From: Octopus sinensis | Taxonomy: Eukaryota | DNA: 49,866 bases | Assembly (NCBI RefSeq): GCF_006345805.1 | Contig: NW_021834421.1 | Span: 1 to 49,866 of the forward strand | Direction: 5' to 3' | Shown: positions 12,737 through 25,443 of the stretch, piece by piece | How positions within the stretch are numbered: the first letter of the stretch is position 1 | Layout of the letters: every line of letters starts with the position of its first letter | Position numbers and translations under genes: made by a program | Notes under the pieces: model-generated | Databases searched by the model: none | What the model was told of the DNA's origin: nothing | The model's input: the letters and a program-made list of their open reading frames with translations, nothing else

Positions 12737-12932
12737 TACACAAGGGGTGCAGAAAAAATTCTGGCTTTAAGGTTATTGCGAAAGGCCTGGTAACAAGGCT
12801 TAGAAAAACTGAAGGACCGTTGCAATAAGTGAGTGGACCTGACAGGGGAATATGTTGAATAAAATCATAATCAACTGATCCTCCTGTATTTTCTTTTACC
12901 CAAAGCCAGGAACATTTCAGAATGGCCTGGTA
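12737..12932 (+). mobile_element. Mariner-derived MITE (about 200 bp)
   Basis: Imperfect TIRs CAAGGGGTGCAGAAAAAATTCTGGCTTT / AAAGCCAGGAACATTTCAG; interior encodes mariner C-terminus LEKLKDRCNK*VDLTGEYVE*. Confidence 0.75.
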
Positions 12933-12944
12933 TTTGCAAACACA

Positions 12945-13325
12945 TCCCAGACGTAATAAGACATCATTTTCAATGATTTCTCCTTTCTTTGAATATTTGC
13001 TAGTCGAGGAAGAGGTTTCCTTCTAGTTAGCTATCTTGCCGTAGTATCCAAATCGATGGAGATGGCTCACAAAAGTACTCCAGCTAAGCCACATCTGCTG
13101 CCTTACAACAGGGGTTCATTTTCAACAACCCGCTTGACAACCCGAAGACATTTGTCAGAGGGCCCAGGGCAAAACTAAACTGGATGCTGTTGGTTTCTTT
13201 CTTTCGCTGGTGAATTATATAATCATTCTTTTGAACGTGGATCGACGAATCCTAATATTTTTGGCAATCTTACACTGGCTAGGTCCACCCTTAGATTGAT
13301 CTGCAACACGCCCTCTTTGAAAATC
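12945..13325 (-). mobile_element. Tc1-like transposase N-terminal relic
   Basis: SDFQRGRV..SQCKIAKNIRIRRST paired/HTH-like segment and a downstream RRKPL motif; frameshifted. Confidence 0.6.
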
Positions 13326-13503
13326 AGACACGTTATCTGCTTCTGTTAATCTAAACTAAAAACTAATAAAATACAAATACAAGTTTGAAACAATAGGTAA
13401 TGTCTGTACAGATAAAATGATATAATGATGGTGTCTATTAAATTTTACAATGTGTGTGTGTTTGTATGTATATAAACACACACACAAACACACACACATA
13501 CAC

Positions 13504-13536
<33 letters not shown>

Positions 13537-13691
13537 GAAACATACACACAAACACACACCACACACATATATAGATAGATATAGATGTGTGTGTGTGCAT
13601 ATGATTGTGTGTGTGTGTGTGTGTGTGCATACGTATTGAAAAGTCGAGATGGCATAACGATTAATCAATGCTGGGAACTCCATAAAAATCC

Positions 13692-13741
<50 letters not shown>

Positions 13742-13881
13742 TCCTATGAAGTAATAGATATAATTTGTTCTTCGGAATTTCTTTTGATATACATCTGAAT
13801 AATTTAAAGAGTGAATATCCAAGAGAAGAACTAAATTGGAAACTTAAATCAATACTTTTTGTTATAGTGTATGTATGTATG

Positions 13882-13928
<47 letters not shown>

Positions 13929-14042
13929 ATATTTCGGAATGGTCATTTTGCCAGTTTAGCCAATAAAAACACACGCACTATATATTTGGTGTTACTTTGC
14001 TTCAGTGTTATTTATTTTTTACATTAATCTTAATCTTATTTC

Positions 14043-14087
14043 GGCCAGAGTTCTTTCGTCACACTCCTGTGACCGCATCAGTGGTCC
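14043..14087 (-). ncRNA. Degenerate type-I hammerhead-like motif (left arm)
   Basis: GGACCA-CUGAUG-CG-GUCAC(AGGAGU)GUGAC-GAAA-GAAC-UC-UGGCC; A9 is replaced and there is one extra nt. Confidence 0.4.
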
Positions 14088-14466
14088 TTTGTTTTCTTCT
14101 TTCTTATTTGTGTCTCTCCTTACTAACCGTCAGCCATTTTGTATTTCTATTGTATGTCTTCATTTGCGCATGCTTATACCTCTATGTGCGTTTATGTTTA
14201 TTTAGTGTGTGTATGTGGGGGATGCCTGTAATATTTGAATCTTCTGTTTATATATGTTCATGTAATTTGTAATTTTATATGTTCATTACAAATTACATGA
14301 ACATATATAAACAGAAGATACAATATTACAGGCATCCCCCACATAGACACACTAAATAAACATAAACGAACATAGAGGTATAAGCATGCGCAAATGAAGA
14401 CATACAATAGAAATACAAATGCTGACGGTTAGTAAGGAGAGACACAAATAAGAAAGAAGAAAACAA

Positions 14467-14511
14467 GGATCACTGATGCGGTCACAGGAGTGTGACGAAA
14501 GAACTCTGGCC
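14467..14511 (+). ncRNA. Degenerate type-I hammerhead-like motif (right arm)
   Basis: Mirror copy of 14043-14087 with GGAUCA as the stem I 5' strand. Confidence 0.4.
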
Positions 14512-14685
14512 GAAATAAGATTAAGATTAATGTAAAAAATAAATAACACTGAAGCAAAGTAACACCAAATATATAGTCCGTGTGTTTTTATTGGCTAAAC
14601 TGGCAAAATGACCATTCCGAAATATAACAATATCTGTTTCAACACACGACTTCACATAAAAATCTTGCACAACAAATATTTAAAC

Positions 14686-14755
<70 letters not shown>

Positions 14756-14900
14756 TATAATTATACACAAAATTGTAATCATGAGTCAGCTGATTGCTTC
14801 GCCACGCACCGAATTTAGGAATAGGAGTTAAATACGTTTTCTACCACTATAAAAGATCCTCCAGACAGTAACACACTTTTTTACCCTTTCATTATTATTA

Positions 14901-14965
<65 letters not shown>

Positions 14966-15074
14966 GTTATTATTATTACTATTGTTATTATTCTTATTCT
15001 TATTATGATATATATATATATTTATATATATATACACATACAGTATACACATGAGTGTGTGTGTGCGTGCGTGC

Positions 15075-15146
<72 letters not shown>

Positions 15147-15538
15147 TGTGTGTACAAATGACTTAGCATTTTGCTTAGATTCGTTATACAGCAGCTTCGC
15201 AAAGAGAAGTCCATAAGCATCGGACATAAAATTAAGTACTTGAATTGGTTTGATTGATTTAACTTTCAAGCAGTACTCCAGTATGGCCGCGGTCCAATGA
15301 CTGAAACATGTAAAGGAATAAAAATACACACACATACATACATACATACATACTTACATACATACATACAAACATACATATATACATACATACAAACATA
15401 TATATAAGCACACATATATAAATGCATGTATATATATATATATATATATTATATGTATATGTAAATATACATATGTGTATATATATACACATATATATAT
15501 ATATATACATAGTTGTATATATAGATGTATATATATAT

Positions 15539-15575
<37 letters not shown>

Positions 15576-16240
15576 GTGGTGTGTGTGGTGTGTGTGTGTG
15601 TGTGTGTATACTTGTATATATATATATATAAAGATATATATGTGTATGTTTATATATAATGTGCATAATAGGAACCATATGGGTATATAAGATGAATGTT
15701 ATTTAACCGTCGACTGAAGAAGGGGAGGAGTAAAATGAAAGCTGACAATGAAAACAAACAGGGGTGTCTTGCGTGGAGAGATCTTGAAATATCGTGGCGA
15801 TATTATGGTAAAGGCATTCGGGGACCTTACTTCATAGAAAAAAAAACGCTTTGAACTCTACCTATCTCAGCTGTAGTTGAGCTGTAGACGAAAGAGGAGC
15901 AGCGTTCGGTGCACAGAAAATTAAATAAATAAAACAATATAAATAAATAAATTATTGAATGAATAAATAAATAAATAAATAAATGTAAATCTTCAAGGAA
16001 CTGTAAGATATGCCGAATGGGTGTGTATGTATGTGGCTCGGTTTAATTTAATTTTTTTTTTTTGCTAGTTTTTTGTTTCTTGTTTTTTTTTATTGACTGC
16101 CAATAGTTCATTTTATAGACATCTGCTTGAAGAAAAGTGCCCGGCGTTTTTATAAAGCAGCCAAGAAATACACGGCCGCCACGGCAACGTCAGTAATGAC
16201 AGCCATATTCATAGTGGTGGTAGTAGTAGTAGTAGTAGTA

Positions 16241-16273
<33 letters not shown>

Positions 16274-16398
16274 TAGTAGTAGTAGGAGGAGGAGTAGGAA
16301 ACCGATAAAATAAGTACCAAAATTAAATATGTAGGTACCGGGCTCGATCTATCAAACTAACAAAAAAATTTAAAAAATACGAAGAAAAAAACAAAAAC

Positions 16399-16788
16399 GA
16401 GTGGCTGTGTGGTAAGTAGCTTGCTAACCAACCACATGGTTCCGGGTTCAGTCCCACTGCGTGGCACCTTGGGAAAGTGTCTTCTACTATAGCCTCGGGC
16501 CGACCAAAGCCTTGTGAGTGGATTTGGTAGACGGAAACTGAATGAAGCCCGTCGTATATATGTGTGTGTGTTTTTGTGTTTGTTCCCCTAGCATTGCTTG
16601 ACAACCGATGCTGGTGTGTTTATGTCCCCGTCACTTAGCGGTTCGGCAAAAGAGACCGATAGAATAAGAACTGGGCTTACAAAAGAATAAGTCCCGGAGT
16701 TGAGTTGCTCGATTAAAGGCGGTGCTCCAGCATGGCCGCAGTCAAATGACTGAAACAAGTAAAAGAGTAAAAGAGTAAAAGAGTAAAA
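16399..16788 (+). mobile_element. SINE family A, nearly full length
   Basis: A box TGGCTGTGTGGTAAG, B box GGTTCAGTCC, full body, (GTAAAAGA)n tail. Confidence 0.95.
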
Positions 16789-16975
16789 CCCTTTCAAGGC
16801 GATGTCCCAACACGGCAGCAGTTGAATGACTGAAGCAAGTAAAAGATAAATAAGAAAGGCGGTGGACTGGTAGAGTCGTTCTGAGTTCAAATTACGCTGA
16901 AAACAATTTTATTTTTCATATCTTGTGTGGTTGATAAATAAATGCCAATCAAGTGGTGTGTGTGTGTATGTGTAT

Positions 16976-17023
<48 letters not shown>

Positions 17024-18113
17024 ATGTGTGTGTGTGTGTGTGTGTGTGCTTGTTGGTGTGTGGCTGTAGAATTGTTAGCTTTTCGGATAGGTTTGTTTGC
17101 GATAACTATTCTGACTGCAACTTCTGTAACGACATAGATACCCGGCAGAGCAAGCCCTTGAACTTTTCTTGGGGCAAACAACGATGGTGTGCAAAAGGGA
17201 GGCTTCTAGGTTGGGACAATTGCTGGCCTTCGATACCTCCTCTCGCAAAAAAGTACATGTCCAAACTTGCACATTGGAGACGAACTTCTCAGATGTCAAT
17301 CCATATTCTTAAGGGACACATAGAAGCCGCGGAAGCATTTGATAGAGAAGCTTTAAAAAATTCAAATCTACGAGAAATAAGTCTACGTGATCAGAACTGA
17401 TCTAAAACAACCGGAACAAAAATGATGGAAGCACTTATGTAGCGTTTTTTCCTTTCTGCAATGGTAGGGTGTAGTCTCTTCTTCGTAGTCGGTTGGGATG
17501 TGGAGAAAACTTCGTCAACTCAAACACGAATTAAAAGCATTAGTTTAAAGTGTGAAATTCAACTGGGGAGTGACCTAACAATTACATTTCACTTCCTCAG
17601 TTTATACGCTCAGACAAGGAGAGTTCCTGCTTCTCATTATCACATTACATATTCGGATTTGCGTTTCTATAGAGGAATGAATAGGAGAGCTATTTCAGTA
17701 TCTTTACTCAACAAATGCTATATTACAGCAAAAATAATTCCGGGATTGGTTGTGAAATTGAAAGAACAACAAACAAGCAAACAAACAAACAAACAAAACA
17801 AAAACAAAGCAATTATAATCTTTAGTAAAAATATTTTATTGAGATCAGGAACAGGAATTTGTGTAAATCTGGTTGTACATTATTGAAGCGGATGTACTTA
17901 TCTCCAAGAAATTTGGTTTTGTTAATTTCCATTTTCGTGCGAAAAAACGACAAAAGCAAACAAGCAAACAAGCAAACAACAACAACAAATAAATAAACAA
18001 AATGAGAACAATGAACGAGCATCGATGGTAAGCTGCGGAAAAGTTTTCAGCTCAGGCTTAATCCTCACTCGAGTTATTTCAGTTAAACTTCTATAACACT
18101 TAACAACGGTACA

Positions 18114-18194
18114 TACCGTAAATCCTCGAGTATAATCCGCATTTTTCCCCCAAAATTTCAAGGTCAAAATCCCTAGTGCGTACTATATACGAGG
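18114..18194 (+). mobile_element. Tc2/pogo-like DNA transposon terminus
   Basis: TACCGTAAATCCTCGAGTATAATCCGCA with sub-terminal inverted copy TGCGTACTATATACGAGG. Confidence 0.45.
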
Positions 18195-18519
18195 TTAAAA
18201 ATGAAAATTATTTTCTAAGCAATATCCAAGTCTCTATTTGCTGTCCGGCAATGTTTATTCAGTCGTATTTTGTGATGTCGAGTGTAAGTATAAATGTATA
18301 TGTGTAAGTATAAATGTATAATGTATATGACAATTTAAAAGATTTTAATTAAGTTTTTAAAGCATCTTACGATCGTTTCGCAGAAGTGCTGTTCCTATAA
18401 TGGAATCCTATATTGACAAGCATTTATAGACAACTCTTCTGCTCTTCAGAGATATAAAATTTGAATTTTGCATAATATAAAATTTGAATTTGTATAAACT
18501 TAACAAAGGTATAAACATC

Positions 18520-19340
18520 ACTACCCACGCTTCCCATTACCTTTCTTCGAAATCAATATGCGTGATCTTTTATTGATGAGAGCTCTTAATCAAAACAGCA
18601 CTAGCGATTGCCATCTCTGCAACTTCGAACCTAACTTTATAACCCCATCTTTAGTATACTTCTATCAAGTTACATGGCGTTGGTACTCACGAACAGTAGT
18701 CGACGCCACTTGCATCCAGGATCATAATGTCGACTGTAAATCCACACTTTTGTCCCTATCTACTTTACTACCGCCCGCCTTCTCTTACCCTAACCTAACC
18801 AAATCAACATGTTACATCACCTGTACGACAACCTACGACTCGTCTAGTCAGATCCAGTCACTTCCCGCCAAATACTTAATCCCTTCCTTTAAACGCAATC
18901 ATAATCTGTGAGACTGTTCTGTAACATTTCCCTTCTCCATACACTTAGTCAAGATGGGTCCTTTGCTTGTTCCCGTCCCCGCAGTTATTCCTGTCCGTTC
19001 AGCCTTACACGACCTGGCAATTTCTTCCACTTCATAAACCGGTTCGCCTGTATTTCTAAGAGCCTAATCCACTGCATTACATGCTTACTACGCCTCTATG
19101 CAGGTTAGATTGGTTAGACTCTACGTAATAGGTTTAGTGACTGTTGAACCATCCGAGTAAATAAAGCCAGATCACCTGTGGGCTGCCACCTCCATTCCCT
19201 TGATTATACACTTCTGCGCCTCTCCGTCTCCAGTAACGTCCTACACTACGGCTCCCTCGAATCTTGCTTACAAAACGAACAAAACTTACTTTCCGCCTTG
19301 GAACAACGCAACCATCCGGTTTAAATAACCGGATTTTCTT
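18520..19340 (+). mobile_element. Penelope-like element relic (linker Zn-finger plus GIY-YIG endonuclease; Neptune-like)
   Basis: PSFKRNHNL*D, GSFACSRPRSYSCPF, FACISKSLIHCITC, LYAG*IG*TLRNRF, PVGCH and FRLGTTQPSGLN track the PLE pattern Y.R..NL.D / G.F.C..PRC..C / FTC.S..VIY.I.C / YIG.T.R.L..RF.EH / IF.L.T..P.G.N. Confidence 0.8.
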
Positions 19341-19611
19341 CACCTAGCTTCATGTAACTGTGCACATATACATACATGATAATACAGCAAACACACCACT
19401 CACACACATATGTACACGCCAAGATGCTACAATTAAGGAAGATATACAAACGCCCCATAGCATTTTAACAATCGAAGCCATGTTATTGAAATAGGGTGCA
19501 TAACCTCTTCTCACGTGTCTCACAAAAAACAAGAACCTTATTATTATTGTGCTTACGTTCAATTATATTTCTTAAGCATGTATTGCATACTTTGCATTCA
19601 TGCATAAAACG

Positions 19612-19657
<46 letters not shown>

Positions 19658-19830
19658 GCATATACGCACATACACACACGCGCGCGAGCGCATGAACATG
19701 CATATGCGTGTCTTTTGAATTGAGCCAAAATGTCTATTCATTTGCTTCGTACGACGCGTGTACCACAAACTGCTGGTCACAAATTATGTAAAAACAAAAA
19801 AAAACACTGGACTTTAACGATGCTCTATAT

Positions 19831-20198
19831 CAGGGGTCCTCAACCATTTTTAATCTGTGGACCCCTTTGATTACTATTTTATTCTGGTGGACCTCCATAT
19901 CTGTTCGATGTTTACAAACTAGCATTATAAAAAACTTCTTTCAAAATACCTATTTTGTTTTCCACGCATTCACTTGTGTGGGTTGAACTATGTAAAACTT
20001 TAGAAGAACGTAACCTGGCTGTTTCTTGCAATACATACCAATACATACTTTGAAAGCAAAATTTTTTCAGGGGCCCTTAAAATTCTACTGTGGATCACTA
20101 ATTTACTATTCTGATGCGTCGACCCCATCCACACCAAAAAAAAAAAAAGGTCCTATATATACTCTCAGGTCTATATGGAGACCAGTTGAGAACCTCTG
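19831..20198. mobile_element. hAT (Charlie-like) MITE
   Basis: TIRs CAGGGGTCCTCAAC / GTTGAGAACCTCTG; 8-bp TSD CTCTATAT / CTCTATAC. Confidence 0.9.
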
Positions 20199-21169
20199 CT
20201 CTATACTTTTAGGGTGAAGAATATATAAAATGAAGCAATGCTTATGCTGTTTATTACAAGACATCGGATTTAGAGGTACAAAATCAAAGAGACTTTTTGG
20301 ACTTCACTTGCTTAGAGCCTTTTTCTTTTCTCATCGTACAGTTCACCCACTGTAATTAATTTTGTAAATTAATCATTGAATGTTAAAGGTAAAAACTTGT
20401 TATAGAAAAAAATTCTTTTTTATAAAACCATTTTTTTTACCGTTTCTGGCATTTTTGCCGCCCTAAATTATTTAAGAATATTTCTTGAGAAGTTTAAGAT
20501 AACATATTTGTAAATATTGCTTAATTTAGCAAAAAGGACTCGATTTATAGAAATATTCATTACGTAAGTGTGAAATTATGAACAAATTCAAATAATCTTT
20601 CGAGTTTTACTTCTTTTATATACATGTGAATGTCCTTCAAAATAAAACATTCCAAACTGATGACGAACACTGAACGAATTACGAAGTAGAGGGTAATGTA
20701 CTCGAAATTACCGATGGAATAATTTCAGTGATGTTTTCGGAATGATCTGGCGATAGATGTACTGGTTGACTGCATCACAGATCGTGATTTCATGTATGAC
20801 CCGATTCAGTTACTGATGATGTGTATCTGCGCAATACGAGTCAATTCACATCTATCCGTTTACCTAGCTAAGGAATTACGTAACAGGACTTCTGGGAAAC
20901 TTTCCTGTGATAATGTTTCGCGTCGTTTATTAAAAAAGATTTGGCTCCAATCCACGTCACCAAGAGAAAATCGAACGTAAATTCCAGACTTTTATATCAA
21001 TTGTTGGCCTTGTGCGAAGACTTGAGATCAATATGAATAATATGTACCATGCTTTCGTCAACAGACTTACGTATCTATGTAGACGCAGGGAGAGGTGTAC
21101 ACACTCTCTGCCTTCACACCTATTGCCTCAGAGGAACATCGACAGTGAGACAGCTGGAGAATGAAAGAA

Positions 21170-21310
21170 CTGCACTAGGAGTCGGCTGGTACTCATTTTT
21201 TTCCAGCTTAGTAGATTGGAGCAACATGAAAAGAAATGCTTCGCTCAAGGATACAACACTGTACTTGGTCCGGCAATCGAACACTAAAGCCATTGCTGCA
21301 AAACAAAGCT
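21170..21310 (-). mobile_element. Degenerate SINE family C fragment
   Basis: GTTCGATTGCC B box, then CCTTGAGCGAAG..GTTGCTCCAATCTACTAAGCTGG..AATGAGT, as in the 5145-5425 copy. Confidence 0.55.
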
Positions 21311-21516
21311 CTTCGCTCATGCATAAGGTTTTATCCATTAGATTATTTGAGCTCAGTATTATTTGTCGAAGAAACACGCATCCATCATCTACAACAGAGT
21401 GGAGGAGCAAAACTTGCAAAAATTGCTGCAACATTTGAAACTCTCTAATTGCGCATCAAGTTTAGAAACTCAAAAATACGTTAATAACATACACATATAA
21501 TTACAAAACGAAAAAT

Positions 21517-22510
21517 TCATTCTATATGGCTTCCATTGTTTGTAATTACGGCCTCCATACGACCCCGGAATCCCGCACAACTCTCCACCGCAAAGTCACT
21601 GGACATCGTGGTTCACTCCTCATTGATGGCAGCTTTCAGAGAGTAGATGTTGGGGTGGGAGGTTTTGTTGGTGGCATGCTCCAAAATGCGTTACACGGCA
21701 TAGTCCTGAGGGTTGAGATCTGGACTGGAAGAGGGCCAGAAGTCTGCACCCAGAAAGCAGCTAAGTTGGATTTGTGGAAATTCTGTACTTTCTTGGCAGA
21801 ATGGCTGAGAGCACCATCCTGGGTCCACACATATTTTACCTCCGAGTAGTTGGCTTTGAGCCATGGCAAGACATAGCAATCCAGCGTCTTGTAGTAGGCG
21901 TTAGTACCCACTTTACTCCGAATTTGTAGAAGTAAATGGGCATTTTTCTTCTGTCGGAGGCCGCAACACCGAAGGCCATGACCTGGGTTCGATGTTTTGT
22001 TCTGAAGGTGCCCGTTATGTCAGCTATTGACTCTGCAATGTACCAGTCGTTTCTGCAGTTCACAACGGCATCCACTGTGATCTCATCAGAGAAAATTTTC
22101 ACAGTGGAGCCTTTCTTCTTGGTGTATGTAAGAACCGTTTTGCACCTCTCCAGTCTCCTGGCCTTCATAAATTCTGTCAGGTGGTGTCTCGGTGTCTTGA
22201 TGTAAGACGACTTGAGGCCCAAGTCATCATTCACAGATCTTCTGATGGTCTTGGGGTCCACTTCAAGTTTAGAAGCCAGCTTCCTCATGGATATGGTTGG
22301 TTCGGTTGAAATTTGGAACTTTAAGATGCTGATGAAATCTTGATTCCACTTCTTGTTGACCCCCACCACTGCCAGACGTCCTCTGAATGCTGTTGCCCAC
22401 ATCCATTCTTTTCTTGGCGTTATAAACTGTGCGTAAGGATACTCCGACTATGCTTGAGATTCACTTCGGTTCGATTTGTGCACGGACCAAATGACATGCT
22501 ATTTGGCATT
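21517..22510 (-). pseudogene. Frameshifted Tc1/mariner transposase, DD37D (maT/mori) type
   Basis: KIFSDE, WTQDGA and FWPSSSPDLNPQDY motifs; 37 residues between the 2nd and 3rd D after correcting one 1-nt frameshift; ends SHIE*. Confidence 0.9.
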
Positions 22511-23129
22511 TGTCTTCCTGCGAAGGCATATTCTCCTATATTTTTACTAAAAAAAAAAAACAAAAAAAAAACAGTTTATTATTAGCTTACAATGTACTCT
22601 TTGTTCTGAATTAGGTTTCATATCATTTGGTGTAGTGGTTACAATGAAATATTAGTGTAACTTTTGATGCTCCCACCGATAGCAGAAAACTATGCTTTAC
22701 TTCAAGCTTTCTATTTTAGCTTAAAGAAATATCTGGTATTTCTAAAATTTTGCTCTTTCTTATCATTCACTGCAATTCCCAGCACCACAAGATAACAGCC
22801 CCTAAAGTATGTGTTTACAAATGTACCTATGTATAGAATAGCATGGTAACAATGCACATATAAATACTCTTATTGCATAAACGGGAGCGCAAAGAACGAT
22901 AAAATTAGCAATAACAATAATAACAACAGCAACAAGAGCCTGTTGCAACAAAAACGAAATTCATATGGTGTATTTTATTATTATTAGCACTGATGCGTTA
23001 CCGAGGACAGAGATTTTGGATACGTAACTGCCAATAACGTATGTAAAATCTCCGCCCACCCCTGGTTTTTCCTTTAACTGTTGGCACGGAAGGGGTATGA
23101 GAAAATATGAGAGCTATTTTACTGACATG

Positions 23130-23365
23130 AAAAAAAAAAAGAGAAGAGAAGGAAAAAGAAGAAGAAGGAGGAGGAGGTGAAAAAGAAAGAAAGGAATGAA
23201 GACAGCAGGAAACAGGAGAAGAGAAAATTAAGACGAAAAGAAGAAGAAGAGGTGAGGAGAAATAGACGAAGAAAGGAAGAAGAAGAAGAAGAAGAAGAAG
23301 AAGAAGAAGAAGAAGAAGAAGAAGAAGAGAAGAAGAAGAAAAGAAGAAGAAGAAGAAGAAAGAGG
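23130..23365. repeat. (GAA)n purine tract
   Basis: Direct reading. Confidence 0.95.
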
Positions 23366-23925
23366 AAATTTCTACACTAATCTCAAATTAGCTTCCATAC
23401 TACAGTTTTTAGAAGCCAAGATATTCATCATCCTGAGAAATGAGTCAATATTTTCCCCGGTTCCAGTTGATTGAATTAACCTATTCTACAGCGTGTTTCA
23501 ATTAGTAATTTCACGATTCAATGACGGAGACTCGAGCAGGGAAATCTCGATCACAGACCATTTGCTGTTTTATAAAAGAAAGGGCACTCGACGGTTGAGA
23601 CGAGAAACAAAAAAAGAAAAGAAACAGAATGGTCATTTCTGGGGAGCCTTTAAACATAGGTCTATTCATTCAGTGTGGTTGACCTGGCATTACACGACGA
23701 CGACGACAACAACAACAACAACAACAACAGTAAGAAAAAGAACGACTGCATCAGCTCGTTTGGGCCATTGCAAAACCTAGAGAATTAAAAGGCAAAGGTC
23801 AAATCCAACGGCATTCATCGCTTAAAATGTGAGCTACCAAAATGCAGTAATCGACGTACACAAGAGGAATATGCTGAAAATTATCTATCTATCTGTATGT
23901 CTGTCTGTCTGTCTGTCTGTCTGAA

Positions 23926-24156
23926 GGCGGCGAGCTGGCAGACACGTTAGCGCGCCGGGCGGAATGCTTAGCGGTATTTCGTCTGTCGTTACGTTCTGAG
24001 TTCAAATTCCGCCGAGGTCGACTTTGCCTTTCATCCTTTCGGGGTCGATAAATAAAAGTACCAGTTTCGCACTGGGGTCGATGTAATCGACTTAATCCCT
24101 TTGTCTGTCCTTGTTTGTCCTCTCTATGTTTAGCCCCTTGTGGGCAATAAAGAAAT
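23926..24156 (+). mobile_element. SINE family B, full length, followed by (TATC)n
   Basis: GGCGGCGAGCTGGCAG head, GAGTTCAAATTCC B box, central domain, CCCCTTGTGGGCAATAAAGAAAT tail. Confidence 0.95.
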
Positions 24157-24157
24157 A

Positions 24158-24226
<69 letters not shown>

Positions 24227-24304
24227 GTATGTCTGTCTCTCTGTCTATCTGTCTCTCTCTGTTTATCTGTCTGTATTTATATAATGTAATAAACACAAAC
24301 GTAT

Positions 24305-24465
24305 TTGGTAAAGGTGTGTGCTAAAAAGTTTGCTTCCCAACCACATTGGTTCCGTGTTCAATCCCACTTCGTGGCACCTTGAAGAGACATTTTTTTCTAT
24401 AGCCTCGGGCCGACCCAAGCCTTGTAAATAGATCTGGTAGGCAGAAACTGAAAGAAGCTCGTCGT
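24305..24465 (+). mobile_element. SINE family A 5' half
   Basis: TTGCTTCCCAACCAC..GTTCAATCCCACTTCGTGGCACCTTG..CTATAGCCTCGGGCCGACC; ends at the internal microsatellite. Confidence 0.8.
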
Positions 24466-24731
24466 GTGAGTGTGTATGTATATGTAGTATGTATGTATGT
24501 ATGTATGTATGTATGTATGTATGTAGTATTTATTATGTATTATTATGTATGTATGTATATATATATATATATATATATAGCTAGCTAGCTAGATAGATAG
24601 ATACACACACATACATGTGTGTGGGCGTGTGTGCATGTGTCAGTATACATATTTACACACACATACTCACATAAGTACATATATATATAATACACACATG
24701 CAAGTGTGTGTGGTATATATATATATATATG

Positions 24732-24792
<61 letters not shown>

Positions 24793-24895
24793 CACACTTG
24801 CATATATGTTATTGTGCATATGTATGTGTGTGCGTGTGTATGTATGCACGTATGTATATGTATATATGCAGATTTGTATGTATTGTTTTATGTAT

Positions 24896-25443
24896 GTATT
24901 CTCATGCCAATAATTACTTATCTAGACAAGCTCGTAGATATTTAAATGATAAACGTCTGAAAAGTATTACAGATTTTTACAGTTCCAGTGATGGATTGGA
25001 TCTGTAGGCTTCTAATTAGCTTTCTCCTTTCTGGTTTTGAGAAGCTTAATTTCTCAAGATTGTTATTTAGGCAGTGTCACATATCCAAGGGCTCCAATAA
25101 TTACAAATATAGACCTGAACTTGTAATCTGGATAGAGTAACTGCAGATTTCTCAATACTTCAGTGTAGGGATTCTCTTTTTCACTGATCTTTAGTTTTAT
25201 GTTAGCATTCGCTGGGCAGCTAATTGCCACAACTGCGCACAGGTTCTCCTCTCTATCCCAGATCATTATATCAGGTCTGTTATGCTTACACTTTATTGAG
25301 GTTTTCACTGGATTATTCCACCAGTACTCCTTTCTATTTTGAGTGGCTATGACTTCCATTACACTGTGTGTTCTTATTTCTTTGCTCTCGAGGTTATCCT
25401 TTTGACGGATCTTGTTGTTCAGTGTCCTAGCTATAACGTCACG
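24896..25443 (-). mobile_element. 5'-truncated R2-superfamily (RLE) non-LTR retrotransposon
   Basis: DVIARTL..EYWWNNPVKTSIKCKHNRPDIMIWDREE..ISCP..K..EK..Y..VIIGALG, then after a frameshift LQIQSITGTVKICNTFQTFII* (stop at 24942): PD-(D/E)xK endonuclease signature. Confidence 0.9.

Larger units (their letters stand above)
13921..14633. repeat. 713-bp near-perfect palindrome (arms 13921-14273 and 14285-14633, 11-nt loop)
   Basis: Arms are reverse complements with only a handful of substitutions and indels; mirrored ORFs in the track. Confidence 0.97.

Noticed and set aside
23177-23380. Charged K/E/R-rich ORF
   Set aside because: Translation of the (GAA)n tract
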